A DNA stretch of 64,000 bases from an uncultured Actinomycetes bacterium (lineage in GTDB: Bacteria > Actinomycetota > UBA4738 > HRBIN12): assembly GCA_963810635.1 (NCBI GenBank), contig CAWEOB010000001.1, forward strand, positions 141,751 through 205,750. The letters are read 5' to 3'. The position numbers and the translations under genes were made by a program. The notes beneath the pieces were generated by a model. The model was not told the DNA's origin and did not search any database. It saw only the letters and a program-made list of their open reading frames with translations. Of the stretch, positions 9,213 to 18,035 are shown piece by piece; positions within the stretch are counted from its first letter, which is position 1, and every line of letters starts with the position of its first letter.

Positions 9213-10557
9213 ATGTCTATCCGGAAGCCCGTTCATCGGCGCGTTGTCGGCCTGCTGGCCGCAGCCGCGACCCTTGTGGCTCTCGCGGCCGTGCCCCCCG
9301 CGGGAGCCGACGCCACGGCAACGGTGAGCTCAACCGTGCGCGACTGGAACCTGTACGCGGTGAACGCCCTGACCGCGGCCGGATTCTCCGCTCCTTGCGC
9401 CGCAGAGTCGCCCACGGTGGGCTCCATCCACATGGCGATGGTGCAAGGCGCCGTCTACGACGCGGTCAACGCGATCGACCGCGGGTACCGCCCGTACCTG
9501 TCGGGGCTCCCGAAGGTCTCGGCCTCTGCTTCGATGGATGCGGCGATCGCGACCGCGGCGCACGATGTGCTGCTCGGGCTGGCGCCGGTCGCACCCGTAC
9601 CGTCCCTGTGCGACGCGATCCGAGCTCAGCTCGAGACGGCGTACGGGGCGACGCTCGCCTCGATCACTGACGGTCCGTCGAAGACCGACGGGATCGCGAT
9701 CGGAGCCGCGGCGGCGGCGGCGATGCTCGCCCAGAGGGCGAACGACGGCCGGTTCGGCGCTCCTGGATTCACGGTCCCCGCGAACCCCGGGCCGGGCCAA
9801 TGGCGGCCCGAGCTGCCGGCGTTCGTGAACGACCCCTTCGGCTGGGTCCGCAACGTTCGGCCGTTCACCCTCCAGAACGCGGCCCAGGTGCTCACGCGCG
9901 GGCCGAACGCACTCACGAGCACGAAGTACGCGAAGGAGTTCAATGAGGTGAAGGCGATCGGGTCGGCCTCAAGCGCCACGCGGACGCCGGAGCAGACCAC
10001 GCTCGCGTTCTTCTACACCGAGAACGTGGTCCCGCTCTGGAACCGGACGTTCCGTTCGATCGTAGATACGCAGGGGCTCTCGCTGCCCCAGCAGGCCCGC
10101 CTCTTCGCGATGCTGAACATGGCGGGGGCCGACGCATTCATCGGCTGCTGGAACGACAAGGAGACCCGGAGCTTCTGGCGTCCCATCACCGCGATCCGGC
10201 TGGCCGACACCGATGGGAACCCGGCCACCTCACCGGACACCGGCTGGACGCCACTGTTCCCGACGCCGCCGTATCCGGATCGACCCGTCGGGGTTCAACT
10301 GCTACACCGGCGCCGTCATGCACGCGGCACGCCACTTCTTCGGCAGCGACCTGATGACCTTCTCGGTCCACAGCAACGCGGTCGGTGCGGGACCCGATCG
10401 GACCTACCACCGCTTCACCGATGTGCTGCACGACACGATCGATGCGCGCGTCTTCCTCGGCATCCATTTCCGGACGCCGGACGTGCAGGGCGCTGGACTC
10501 GGGAAGGAGGTCGCCGACTGGCTCGCGGGCCACTTCTTCCGGCGCACGGGTCACTGA
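9213..10557 (+). CDS. secreted PAP2 / vanadium-haloperoxidase-like protein (one frameshift near 10277)
   Basis: Signal peptide (VGLLAAAATLVALAAVPPAGADA). PAP2-type motifs are present: K-x6-RP (KETRSFWRP), PSG (HPSGF) and GIHFR..D. Track ORFs 9213..10652 and 10213..10557 join if one G is removed from 'gatcGaccc' at about 10277. The length is 3n+1. Confidence 0.65.
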
Positions 10558-10580
10558 TCGTCCCGACCCTGGAGCGGCGG

Positions 10581-10606
10581 AGGGGCGCGCACAGCGCTCC
10601 GCCCCT
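10581..10606. terminator. GC-rich hairpin between convergent genes (possible bidirectional terminator)
   Basis: AGGGGCG (10581-10587) pairs with CGCCCCT (10600-10606), with a 12-nt loop. It lies between the stop at 10557 (+) and the stop at 10607 (-). There is no U-tract. Confidence 0.3.
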
Positions 10607-11185
10607 TCACGTGGTCGACCGAGCTCGCCACTCCCGCTCGAGGATCGCGTAGACCAGCTCGCTCTGCCACTCGCCCTTCACGAACTCGTTCTCGACGAAG
10701 TGGGCCTCCAGCCGCATCCCCAGCTTCTCGAGGACGCGGGCCGAGGCGAGATTCCGCGGCTCCACCCGGCCGATCACACGATGCAACCCGAGCCCGTCGA
10801 ACGCGAGTGCGAGCATGGCCCGTCCCGCCTCCGTCGCGAAGCCGCTGCCGTGGTGATCCGGATGGACGATGTAGCCGATCTCACCCTCGCGCTGCTCCTC
10901 GTTCACGACTGACAGGATGATGTCACCGACGAACGCCCCCGTGTCTCGGCGCACGACCGCCAACGCCAGGTGATCGCCTTCCGCATCGATGCTGGTTGCC
11001 TGCATCTTCCGCTCGAGCGCGGCTCGCACCTCTTCCTCGGTCCGCACGTCCCAGAGGAGGTACTCCACGACGTCCGGGCGCGATTGGTACGAGAACAGCG
11101 CCTCGAAGTCGTCCTCGGTGAACGGTCGCAGGAGGAGCCGCTCGGTTTCCACGGTCCCATCGAGCTCGAAGGAATCCACGATCAC
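10607..11185 (-). CDS. GNAT-family N-acetyltransferase (RimJ/RimL-like)
   Basis: 'ERLLLRPFTEDDFEALF', 'GEIGYIVHPDHHGSGFATEA' and 'RVIGRVEPRNLASARVLEKLGM' are typical of this family. I take GTG 11185 as the start; the track ORF runs to 11308. Confidence 0.8.
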   Translation of the reverse strand: MIVDSFELDGTVETERLLLRPFTEDDFEALFSYQSRPDVVEYLLWDVRTEEEVRAALERKMQATSIDAEGDHLALAVVRRDTGAFVGDIILSVVNEEQREGEIGYIVHPDHHGSGFATEAGRAMLALAFDGLGLHRVIGRVEPRNLASARVLEKLGMRLEAHFVENEFVKGEWQSELVYAILEREWRARSTT

Positions 11186-11300
11186 GCCTCGCTCTCTGCG
11201 CCGGCCATGGTGAGCGATCCTACGTGGTCGACGCAGAGCATGTCGTTCGTCGAACCGGCATCCGGTGATCTGCCCCGCGCGTCGGTGATAGCGTCCGGCC

Positions 11301-11681
11301 ATGCCCATCTACGTCCGCTACCTGGTCCCCGATGTCACGATCGCGAAGGCGTTCTACGTCGACTTCCTGGGCTTCGAGGTCGAGCAGGACTGGGGCGACC
11401 CGTTCGTGATGCTGTCGCGTGGCGAGCTCCGTGTCTGGCTGAGCGGTCCCGCGAGTTCCGCCGCGCGTCCCATGCCGGACGGCCGCGAGCCTTCCCCCGG
11501 TGGTTGGAACCGTTTCGTGCTCGAGGTGGACGACCTCGATGCGGAGGTCGCCCGGCTCCGCGAGGCGGGCGCGACGTTCCGCAACGACGTGGTCCGCGGC
11601 CCCGGAGGGGCCCAGATCCTCCTCGAGGATCCCGCCGGCAACCCGATCGAGCTCTTCCAACCGCGCGAGGACCCGGACTGA
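11301..11681 (+). CDS. VOC / glyoxalase-bleomycin-resistance family protein
   Basis: 126-aa ORF. 'AKAFYVDFLGFEVEQDWG...' and '...GAQILLEDPAGNPIELFQP' match the glyoxalase fold pattern. Confidence 0.8.
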   Translation: MPIYVRYLVPDVTIAKAFYVDFLGFEVEQDWGDPFVMLSRGELRVWLSGPASSAARPMPDGREPSPGGWNRFVLEVDDLDAEVARLREAGATFRNDVVRGPGGAQILLEDPAGNPIELFQPREDPD

Positions 11682-11682
11682 C

Positions 11683-12765
11683 GTGCAGCTGACCGCCGTC
11701 GTCGCCGGAGCCTTGCTCATCGGCCTGGTGCTCTGGGAGACGTTCGAGACCTTGGTGCTGCCTCGGCGCGTCGCCCGGCGGCTGCGCGTGACCCGTGGGT
11801 ATTACCGTGCGTTCTGGGGCGCGTGGTCGGCGGTGGGACGACGGCACCCGGGGCCGACACGCGAGAACTACCTGAGCGTCTTCGCTCCCCTGTCGTTGCT
11901 GATCCTGTTCGTCCTGTGGGCCGGCGCGGTGATCGTCGGGTTCGCGCTCATCCAGTGGGGTCTCGATACGCCGATCGAGCCGGGTATCGACGTGGGCTTC
12001 GCGACCGACCTCTACATGAGCGCCACGACGTTCGTGACCCTCGGCTTGGGGGACGTCGCTCCCGCGTCGGCGGCCGGTCGTGCGATCACGGCCGTCGAGG
12101 CCGGGGCGGGCTTCGCGTTCCTCGCGCTGTCGATCTCGTACCTGCCGGTGCTCTACCAGGCGTTCTCGCGGCGTGAGGTCGCGATCTCCATGCTCGATCA
12201 ATGGGCGGGCTCACCGCCCACGGCCGTCGAGCTGCTCCGGCGCGCCGCGAAGTACGGCGACCTCGCATCGGTGAACGACCTCCTCGCCGAGTGGGAGCGA
12301 TGGTCGGCCGAGCTGCTCGAGAGTCACCTCTCGTATCCGATCTTGGCCTACTTCCGGTCGCAGCACGACGAGCAGTCCTGGCTCGCCGCGCTGACCTCCG
12401 TCCTCGACGCGTCGGCCGTCGTGCTCTCGGGCGTCGATGGGGTCTCGTCCTGGCAGGCCCGCCGGACCTTCGCGATCTCGCGGCACGCGGTCGTCGACCT
12501 CACGCAGGTCTTCCGGCTCCCACCTGAACCGCCGGGCCGGGACCGCCTCACCGGTGACGGGATGCCGCGGGTCCGGCAGCTCCTCGAAGCCGCCGGCATC
12601 GGGCTCGAGCCACATGCCGAAGGGCGCATCGCCGCCTACCGGGAGATGTACGAGCCGTACGTGCACGCCATGTCGCACCGGCTCGAGATGCCGCTCCCGT
12701 CGTTCGTACCCGCGGCGGGAGCGTTGGACGACTGGCAGCGATCGGCGTGGTCGGAGCCGGGTTAG
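11683..12765 (+). CDS. two-TM potassium-channel-family protein with a long cytoplasmic C-terminal domain
   Basis: GTG at 11683, in the frame of track ORF 11500..12765. It has a pore-helix/filter-like segment (ATTFVTLGLGDVAP) flanked by TM helices. The reading frame is intact. Confidence 0.7.
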   Translation: MQLTAVVAGALLIGLVLWETFETLVLPRRVARRLRVTRGYYRAFWGAWSAVGRRHPGPTRENYLSVFAPLSLLILFVLWAGAVIVGFALIQWGLDTPIEPGIDVGFATDLYMSATTFVTLGLGDVAPASAAGRAITAVEAGAGFAFLALSISYLPVLYQAFSRREVAISMLDQWAGSPPTAVELLRRAAKYGDLASVNDLLAEWERWSAELLESHLSYPILAYFRSQHDEQSWLAALTSVLDASAVVLSGVDGVSSWQARRTFAISRHAVVDLTQVFRLPPEPPGRDRLTGDGMPRVRQLLEAAGIGLEPHAEGRIAAYREMYEPYVHAMSHRLEMPLPSFVPAAGALDDWQRSAWSEPG

Positions 12766-12783
12766 ATCCTCACCGAGCCACCA

Positions 12784-13808
12784 TCACGACGTGGCGAGCA
12801 CGCTCTCCGCGATGGCAGGGATGACCTTCTCCCCGTAGGCCTCGCAGCGTCTCGTCCTTGGCGTCGTGCTGCAGGTAGACGGCGAACTGGTCCACGCCCG
12901 AGCGCCCGCAGCTCCTCGAGCCGCCGCACGTGCTCCTCCACCGGGCCGAGGATGCAGAAGCGGTCGACGATATCGTCGGGCACGAAGGCCGTGTGGGTGT
13001 TCCCCGCCTGTCCGTGCTCGTTGTAGTCGTAGCCCTCGCGACCCTTGATGTAGTCGGTCAGCGCCGCCGGGACCTCCGAGGTCCTCGCCGTAGCGGGCGA
13101 CGATGTCGGCCACGTGGTTGCCGACCATGCCGCCGAACCACCGGCACTGGTCGCGCGCGTGACGCGAGGTCGTCCGTGACGTACGCAGGCGCCGCCACGC
13201 AGATCGTGAGCGCGCCGGGGTCGCGGCCGGCGGCCTCGGCGGCTGCGCCGCACCGCGCCGATCGTCCACGCCGCGATGTCGGGATCGGCGAGCTGCAGGA
13301 TGAACCCGTCGCCGACCTCGCCGATCAGCGCGAGCGCCTTCGGCCCGTACCCGGCCACCCAGACCTCGGCCCTGCTCCTGGTCGGCCCAGGGGAACCGCA
13401 GCGTCGAGCCCCGGTACTCGACCTCGCGGCCGTTCGCGAGCTCGCGGATCACGTGGACGGCCTCGCGCGAGCGCCACGAGCGTCGACGGCTTGCCGTTGA
13501 TCACGCGCACCGCCGAGTCGCCGCGGCCGATCCCGATCACGGTGCGGTTGCCGAACATCTCGTTCAGCGTGGCGAAGAGGCTGGCCGTCACGGTCCAGTC
13601 GCGCGTCAGCGGGTTCGTGACCATCGGGACCGACGATGACGTTGCGGGTCTCGGCGAGGATCCGCGTGTAGATCGGGAACGGCTCCTCCCACAGGAGGTG
13701 GCTGTCGAACGTCCACACGTGGGTGAAGCCGTACGTCTCCGCCTGCTTCGCCAGGTCCACCACCCGGGCGCTGGGCGGGGTCGTCTGCAGCACCACGCCG
13801 ATGTCCAT
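12784..13808 (-). pseudogene. LLM-class (luciferase-like) F420-dependent oxidoreductase, broken by ~8 frameshifts as sequenced
   Basis: Conserved segments are spread over three frames: MDIGVVLQTTPP...THVWTFDSHLLWEEPF; MVTNPLTRDWTVTASLFATLNEMFGNRTVIGIGRGDS; IRELANGREVEYRG; VWVAGYGPKALALIGEVGDGFILQLAD; RWFGGMVGNHVADIVARYGEDL; DYIKGREGYDYNEHGQAGNTHTAFVPDDIVDRFCILGP; VDQFAVYLQHDAKDETL; EAYGEKVIPAIAESVLATS*. Confidence 0.75.
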
Positions 13809-13823
13809 GTGCTTCCCTCCGGT

Positions 13824-15258
13824 TCAATGCAGGTACTGCGACAGCCCACGTTCGATGAACCTGCCGTGTCCCTTGCGTCCCGTGTAGGTGTCGTTCTCGA
13901 TCACGACGGTGCCGCGGGACAGGACCGTGTCGACCTTGCCGTCGATCACGAAGCCCTCGTACGCCGAGTAGTCCATGTTCATGTGGTGCTTGTCGTTGAT
14001 GCCGATCGTGGTCGGGCGGTTCGGGTCCCACACGACGACGTCGGCGTCGGCGCCCGGGCGCGATGATCCCCTTGCGCGGGTACATGCCGAACATCCGCGC
14101 CGGCGTCGTGCAGCAGGTCTCGACCCACCGCTCCAGGGTGAGCTCGCCCGTCACGACGCCCTGGTAGATCAGCTCCATCCGGTGCTCGACCCCGCCGATC
14201 CCGTTCGGGATCTTCGAGAAGTCGCCCAGGCCCAGCTCCTTCTGGTCCTTGATGCAGAACGGGCAGTGGTCGGTGCTGACCACGGCGAGCTCGTTCGTGC
14301 GCAGACCCCGCCACAGGCTCGTCCTGATGGTGGTGCTCGTCGTTCGGCGAGCGCAGCGGGGTCGAGCAGACCCACTTGGCGCCCTCGAACCCGGGCCGTG
14401 GCGAGCGTCTCCTCGAGCGTCAGCCACAGGTACTGCGGGCAGGTCTCGGCGAAGACGTTGCGCCCGTCGTGCCGCGCGGCGGCGATCTCCTCCGAGCGCG
14501 TCGCCGGCGGACATGTGCACGACGTAGAGCGGCACGTTGCCGGCGACCTTCGCCAGCATGATCGCGCGATGGGTGGCCTCGGCCTCCAACGGCGACGGCC
14601 GGGTGTAGCAGTGGTACCGGGGGTCGGTGTCGCCGCGAGCCGAGCGCCTGCGCCACGAGCACGTCGATCGCGATGCCGTTCTCGGCGTGCATCATGATCA
14701 TGGCGCCGCACTCCGCGGCCGTCTGCATGGCCCGCAGGATCTGCCCGTCGTCGCTGTAGAGGACGCCGGGGTACGCCATGAAGAGCTTGAAGCTCGTGAC
14801 GCCCTCGTGCTCGGTGAGGTACTTCATGGCCTTCAGCGAGCCCGTCGTCGACGCCGCCGATGATCTGGTGGAAGGCGTAGTCGATCGCGCATTCGCCGTC
14901 GGCCTTGCGGTGCCACTCGGCCAGGCCGGCCTGCACGTCCTCGCCGGTGCGCTGCAGGGCGAAGTCGACGATCGTCGTGACGCCGCCCCACGCGGCGGCG
15001 CGGGTGCCGGTCTCGAACGTGTCGGAGGCGAACGTGCCGCCGAAGGGCAGCTCCATGTGGGTGTGGACGTCGATGCCGCCGGGGATCACGTACTTGCCGG
15101 TCGGCGTCGATGACCTGGTCCGCCCCCGGCTCGTGCGTCGGCGAAGAAGCCGGGCGCGCCCACGGCGGCGATCGTCTCGCCGTCGATCAGGACGTCCTGC
15201 TCGCGCGACGCCGGTGGACGAGATGACCGTTGCCGTTCTCGATCAGCGTGCGTGCCAT
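13824..15258 (-). pseudogene. dihydropyrimidinase / D-hydantoinase, broken by ~9 frameshifts as sequenced
   Basis: ATG at 15258 preceded by GGAGGAGG. Cyclic-amidohydrolase segments lie in different frames: GKYVIPGGIDVHTHMELPFGGT; EGVTSFKLFMAYPGVL; MMHAENG; PLYVVHMS; NVFAETCPQYL; AVVSTDHCPFCIKDQKELGLGDFSKIPNGIGGVEHRM; ADADVVVWDPN...SQYLH*. Confidence 0.85.
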
Positions 15259-15278
15259 CGGCGACCTCCTCCGGGACG

Positions 15279-16126
15279 TCAGCGGGCTACGATCTCGTCG
15301 TAGGCGTCGGGCCGCCGGTCGCGATAGAACGCCCAGCGGTCGCGGACCTGGCGGATCGTGTCCAGGTCGAGGTCGCGGACGATCAGCTCCGGCTTGTACG
15401 CGTCGCCCGACCTCGCCCGACGAACCGTCCCTCGGGATCGACGAAGTAGCTCTGCCCGTAGAAGTCGTTCTCGCCGAGCGGCTCGATGCCCGACCCGGTT
15501 GATCGCGCCCACGTAGTACATGTTCGCCACGGCCGCCGCCGGCTGCTCGAGGCGCCACAGGTACTCGCTCAGACCCCGGTGCGTGGCCGAGGGGTTGAAG
15601 ACGATCTCGGCGCCGCGGAGGCCGAGGATCCGCCAGCCCTCGGGGAAGTGGCGGTCGTAGCAGATGTAGACGCCGACCTTGCCGACGGCGGTCTCGAAGA
15701 CCGGGTAGCCGCCGGTGCCCGGGCGCGAAGTAGAACTTCTCCCAGAACCCCTGGACCTGCGGGATGTGCTGCTTGCGGTACTTGCCCGAGGTAGGTCCCG
15801 TCGGCGTCGATGACCGCGGCGGTGTTGTGGTACAGGCCCGGCTGCACGATCTCGTACATGGGCAGCACGATCACCATGCCGAGCTCCTTCGCGACGCTCT
15901 GGAAACGCGCCGTGGTCGGGCCGTCGGGGATCGGCTCGGTGTAGTCGTAGTACTGAGCGTCCTGCACCTGGCAGAAGTACGGCCCGTAGAACAGCTCCTG
16001 GAAGCACATGACCTGCGCGCCCTGCGCGGCGGCCTCGCGGGCCGCCTCCTCGTGCTTGTCGGTCATGGCCTCTTTGCTGCCGGCCCAGTCGGTCTGGAGC
16101 AGGGCGGCTTTCACGATCCTCGACAT
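15279..16126 (-). pseudogene. nitrilase-superfamily beta-ureidopropionase / N-carbamoyl-amino-acid amidohydrolase, ~4 frameshifts as sequenced
   Basis: ATG at 16126. The first ~113 codons are intact (MSRIVKAALLQTDWAG...VMCFQELF...). After that the segments KYRKQHIPQVQGFWEKFYF, GTGGYPVFETAVGKVGVYICYDRHFPEGWR...IVFNPSAT, IEPLGENDFYGQSYFVDPEGRFV and GDAYKPELIVRDLDLD...IVAR* alternate between frames. Confidence 0.8.
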
Positions 16127-16232
16127 CGTGCGACCCCTTCGTCGGTGAACGGCGAGGTGCTGCTCGGACCCGGCCATGGTAGCCATGCGGAGGCGAGGGC
16201 GCGACCAGGGCCGGCCCCCCTAGACTCGCCCG

Positions 16233-17124
16233 ATGGCGCTGCGCATCGGGATCCAGCTCCCCGAGGTCGAGCGGGACGTGCGGTGGAGGGAGTACGCGTC
16301 CATGGCTCGCGCGGCCGAGACGACGGGCTTCGACTCGATCTGGGTCGGCGACCATCACCTGTATCGCGGCGACGGCCGACCCGAGCGTGGCCCCTGGGAG
16401 GCGTGGACCCTCCTCGCCGCGCTGGCGGCCGTCACCCACGGCGTGCGGTTAGGGCCGCTGGTGGCGTGTCTCGGCTTCCACGAGCCGGCGATCCTGGCGA
16501 AGATGGCCGTCACGGTCGACGAGGTGAGCGGCGGACGCCTCGTCCTCGGGGTCGGCGCCGGCTGGAACCGGACCGAGTTCGAGGCGTTCGGGATCTCCTT
16601 CGACCATCGTGCCTCGCGGTTCGAGGAGGCGTTCGAGATCGTGCGGCGGCTCGTGGCCGGCGAACGGGTCACGTTCGACGGGCGTTGGCATCGGACGGAC
16701 GATGCCGTGCTCCTGCCGACGCCGGCGCGGCGGCCCGCGCTCATGGTCGGGTCCACGGGCCCCCGCGTGCTGGCTGCCACGCTCCCCTCCGTGGACGTGT
16801 GGAACACCTGGTACGACTGGTTCGGCAACTCGCCCGAGGGGTTCCGTGAGGCGCAAGCCGGCATCGATGCGGCGTGCGCACGGGTCGATCGCGATCCGGC
16901 CACCCTCGAGCGGAGCGCGTGCGTGCTCGTCCGGCTCGGTCCGGACGCAGAGCGTCCGGACGAGCCGGGCGTCGCCCCCCTGGAAGGATCCGCCGGAGAC
17001 GCTCGCTGCCGGCCTCCGCGCCTTCGCGGAGGCCGGCGCCGACGAGGTGATCGTGGTCTGCGACCCCATCACCGAAGCGTCGATCACGCACCTCGGACCG
17101 GTCCTCGCGATGGTCCGAGGCTGA
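16233..17124 (+). CDS. LLM-class flavin/F420-dependent oxidoreductase (one frameshift near 16975-16980)
   Basis: 'FDSIWVGDHH', 'LGPLVACLGFHEPAILAKM' and 'GRLVLGVGAGWNRTEFEAFG' are LLM blocks. The C-terminus 'PETLAAGLRAFAEAGADEVIVV...MVRG*' is in the frame of track ORF 16609..17124. The switch occurs at a C6 run (16975-16980). The length is 3n+1. Confidence 0.75.
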
Positions 17125-17142
17125 CGCGGCGCCTCGCGTCAG
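17121..17142. terminator. hairpin spanning both stop codons of convergent genes
   Basis: CTGACGCG (17121-17128) pairs with CGCGTCAG (17135-17142), an 8-bp stem with a 6-nt loop. It contains the TGA of the + gene (17122-17124) and the TCA (reverse TGA) of the - gene (17139-17141). Confidence 0.35.
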
Positions 17143-17981
17143 GTCGGAGGTGGCTCCGTGCGGCCGGTCGCGAGACCTTCCCGCAGCGCCGTGAGCTCCA
17201 CCCGGAGGTCGGCGAGCTCCTGCTGGACGGTCCGGGTCCCCTCCCCTTCCGCCTCGCCTGCGCCCGTCGTGTCCTCCTCCTCGTCGGGCGACGTGACCAA
17301 CACGCTCGCCAAGATGCTCGCGAGCGCCCCGATGATGCCGACGCCGGCGAACATCACGAACACCGCGGTCAGCCGTCCACCCATGGTCACCGGGTACTGG
17401 TCGCCGTACCCGACCGTCGTGATCGTCACCACCGCCCACCACAGGGCGTCCCCGCCCGTGGTGATGTTCGCGTCGGGCGCCTTGCTTTCGAACTGGAGGA
17501 CGAGGACGCTCGCCACGGTCAAGACGATCATCGCAGCCATGATCGTGATGAAGGCCGCGTATTCACCCCGGTGCGTGACGACGTCCTGGATCAGCTCCTT
17601 CTTCTTCTTGCCCTTCAGCAACCGCATGATCCGAGCGAGGCGGCTCAATCGCGCCAATCTGAGGAGCGCGGTGAACCGGAACAAGCCGAAGGTCGGGATC
17701 GACCCCAGCAGGTCCAACCACCCGCGCTCGCCGATGAAGTACGAACGCTTCGGGGACGCTTTCGAGATCCTCCACGTGAAGTCGATGAGGAAGACGACGC
17801 AGATCAGGTTGTCGTAGACGGTCAGCAGCTTGAGCGTCGCGTCGCTCAACGGCAGGAGGAGGACCACCATGACCACCAGGGAGAGGACGGTGAGGACCAG
17901 GATGAAGAGGTCGTACGCGTTGCTCTTCTTCGCGGCCGCGGGCACGGGATCGGTCATCGCGGACAGGCTAGCCCTCGTCAC
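17139..17981 (-). CDS. voltage-gated-type (6TM, Kv-like) potassium channel
   Basis: 280-aa ORF with an S4-like arginine ladder ([20 protein letters not shown]) and the canonical K+ selectivity filter TTVGYGD. Confidence 0.8.
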   Translation of the reverse strand: MTRASLSAMTDPVPAAAKKSNAYDLFILVLTVLSLVVMVVLLLPLSDATLKLLTVYDNLICVVFLIDFTWRISKASPKRSYFIGERGWLDLLGSIPTFGLFRFTALLRLARLSRLARIMRLLKGKKKKELIQDVVTHRGEYAAFITIMAAMIVLTVASVLVLQFESKAPDANITTGGDALWWAVVTITTVGYGDQYPVTMGGRLTAVFVMFAGVGIIGALASILASVLVTSPDEEEDTTGAGEAEGEGTRTVQQELADLRVELTALREGLATGRTEPPPT

Positions 17982-18035
17982 CTGGTGAACCGTGGAGGCA
18001 TGCCGACTTCCGTCCGCACGCGGTCCGGTTCGTCG

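Noticed and set aside
16975-16980. C6 homopolymer frameshift in the LLM gene, and the C4/G4 run at 55821-55824, as phase-variation switches
   Set aside because: The runs are short, and the whole window carries similar indels in non-repetitive contexts, including in murI. Sequencing error is the more economical explanation.
17560-17660. Locally less GC-rich stretch (Lys codon run KGKKKK) in the Kv channel gene as a sign of horizontal acquisition
   Set aside because: The dip is short and is explained by the encoded basic linker. The flanking codon usage looks like the rest of the window, and there are no mobility genes or repeats at the borders.
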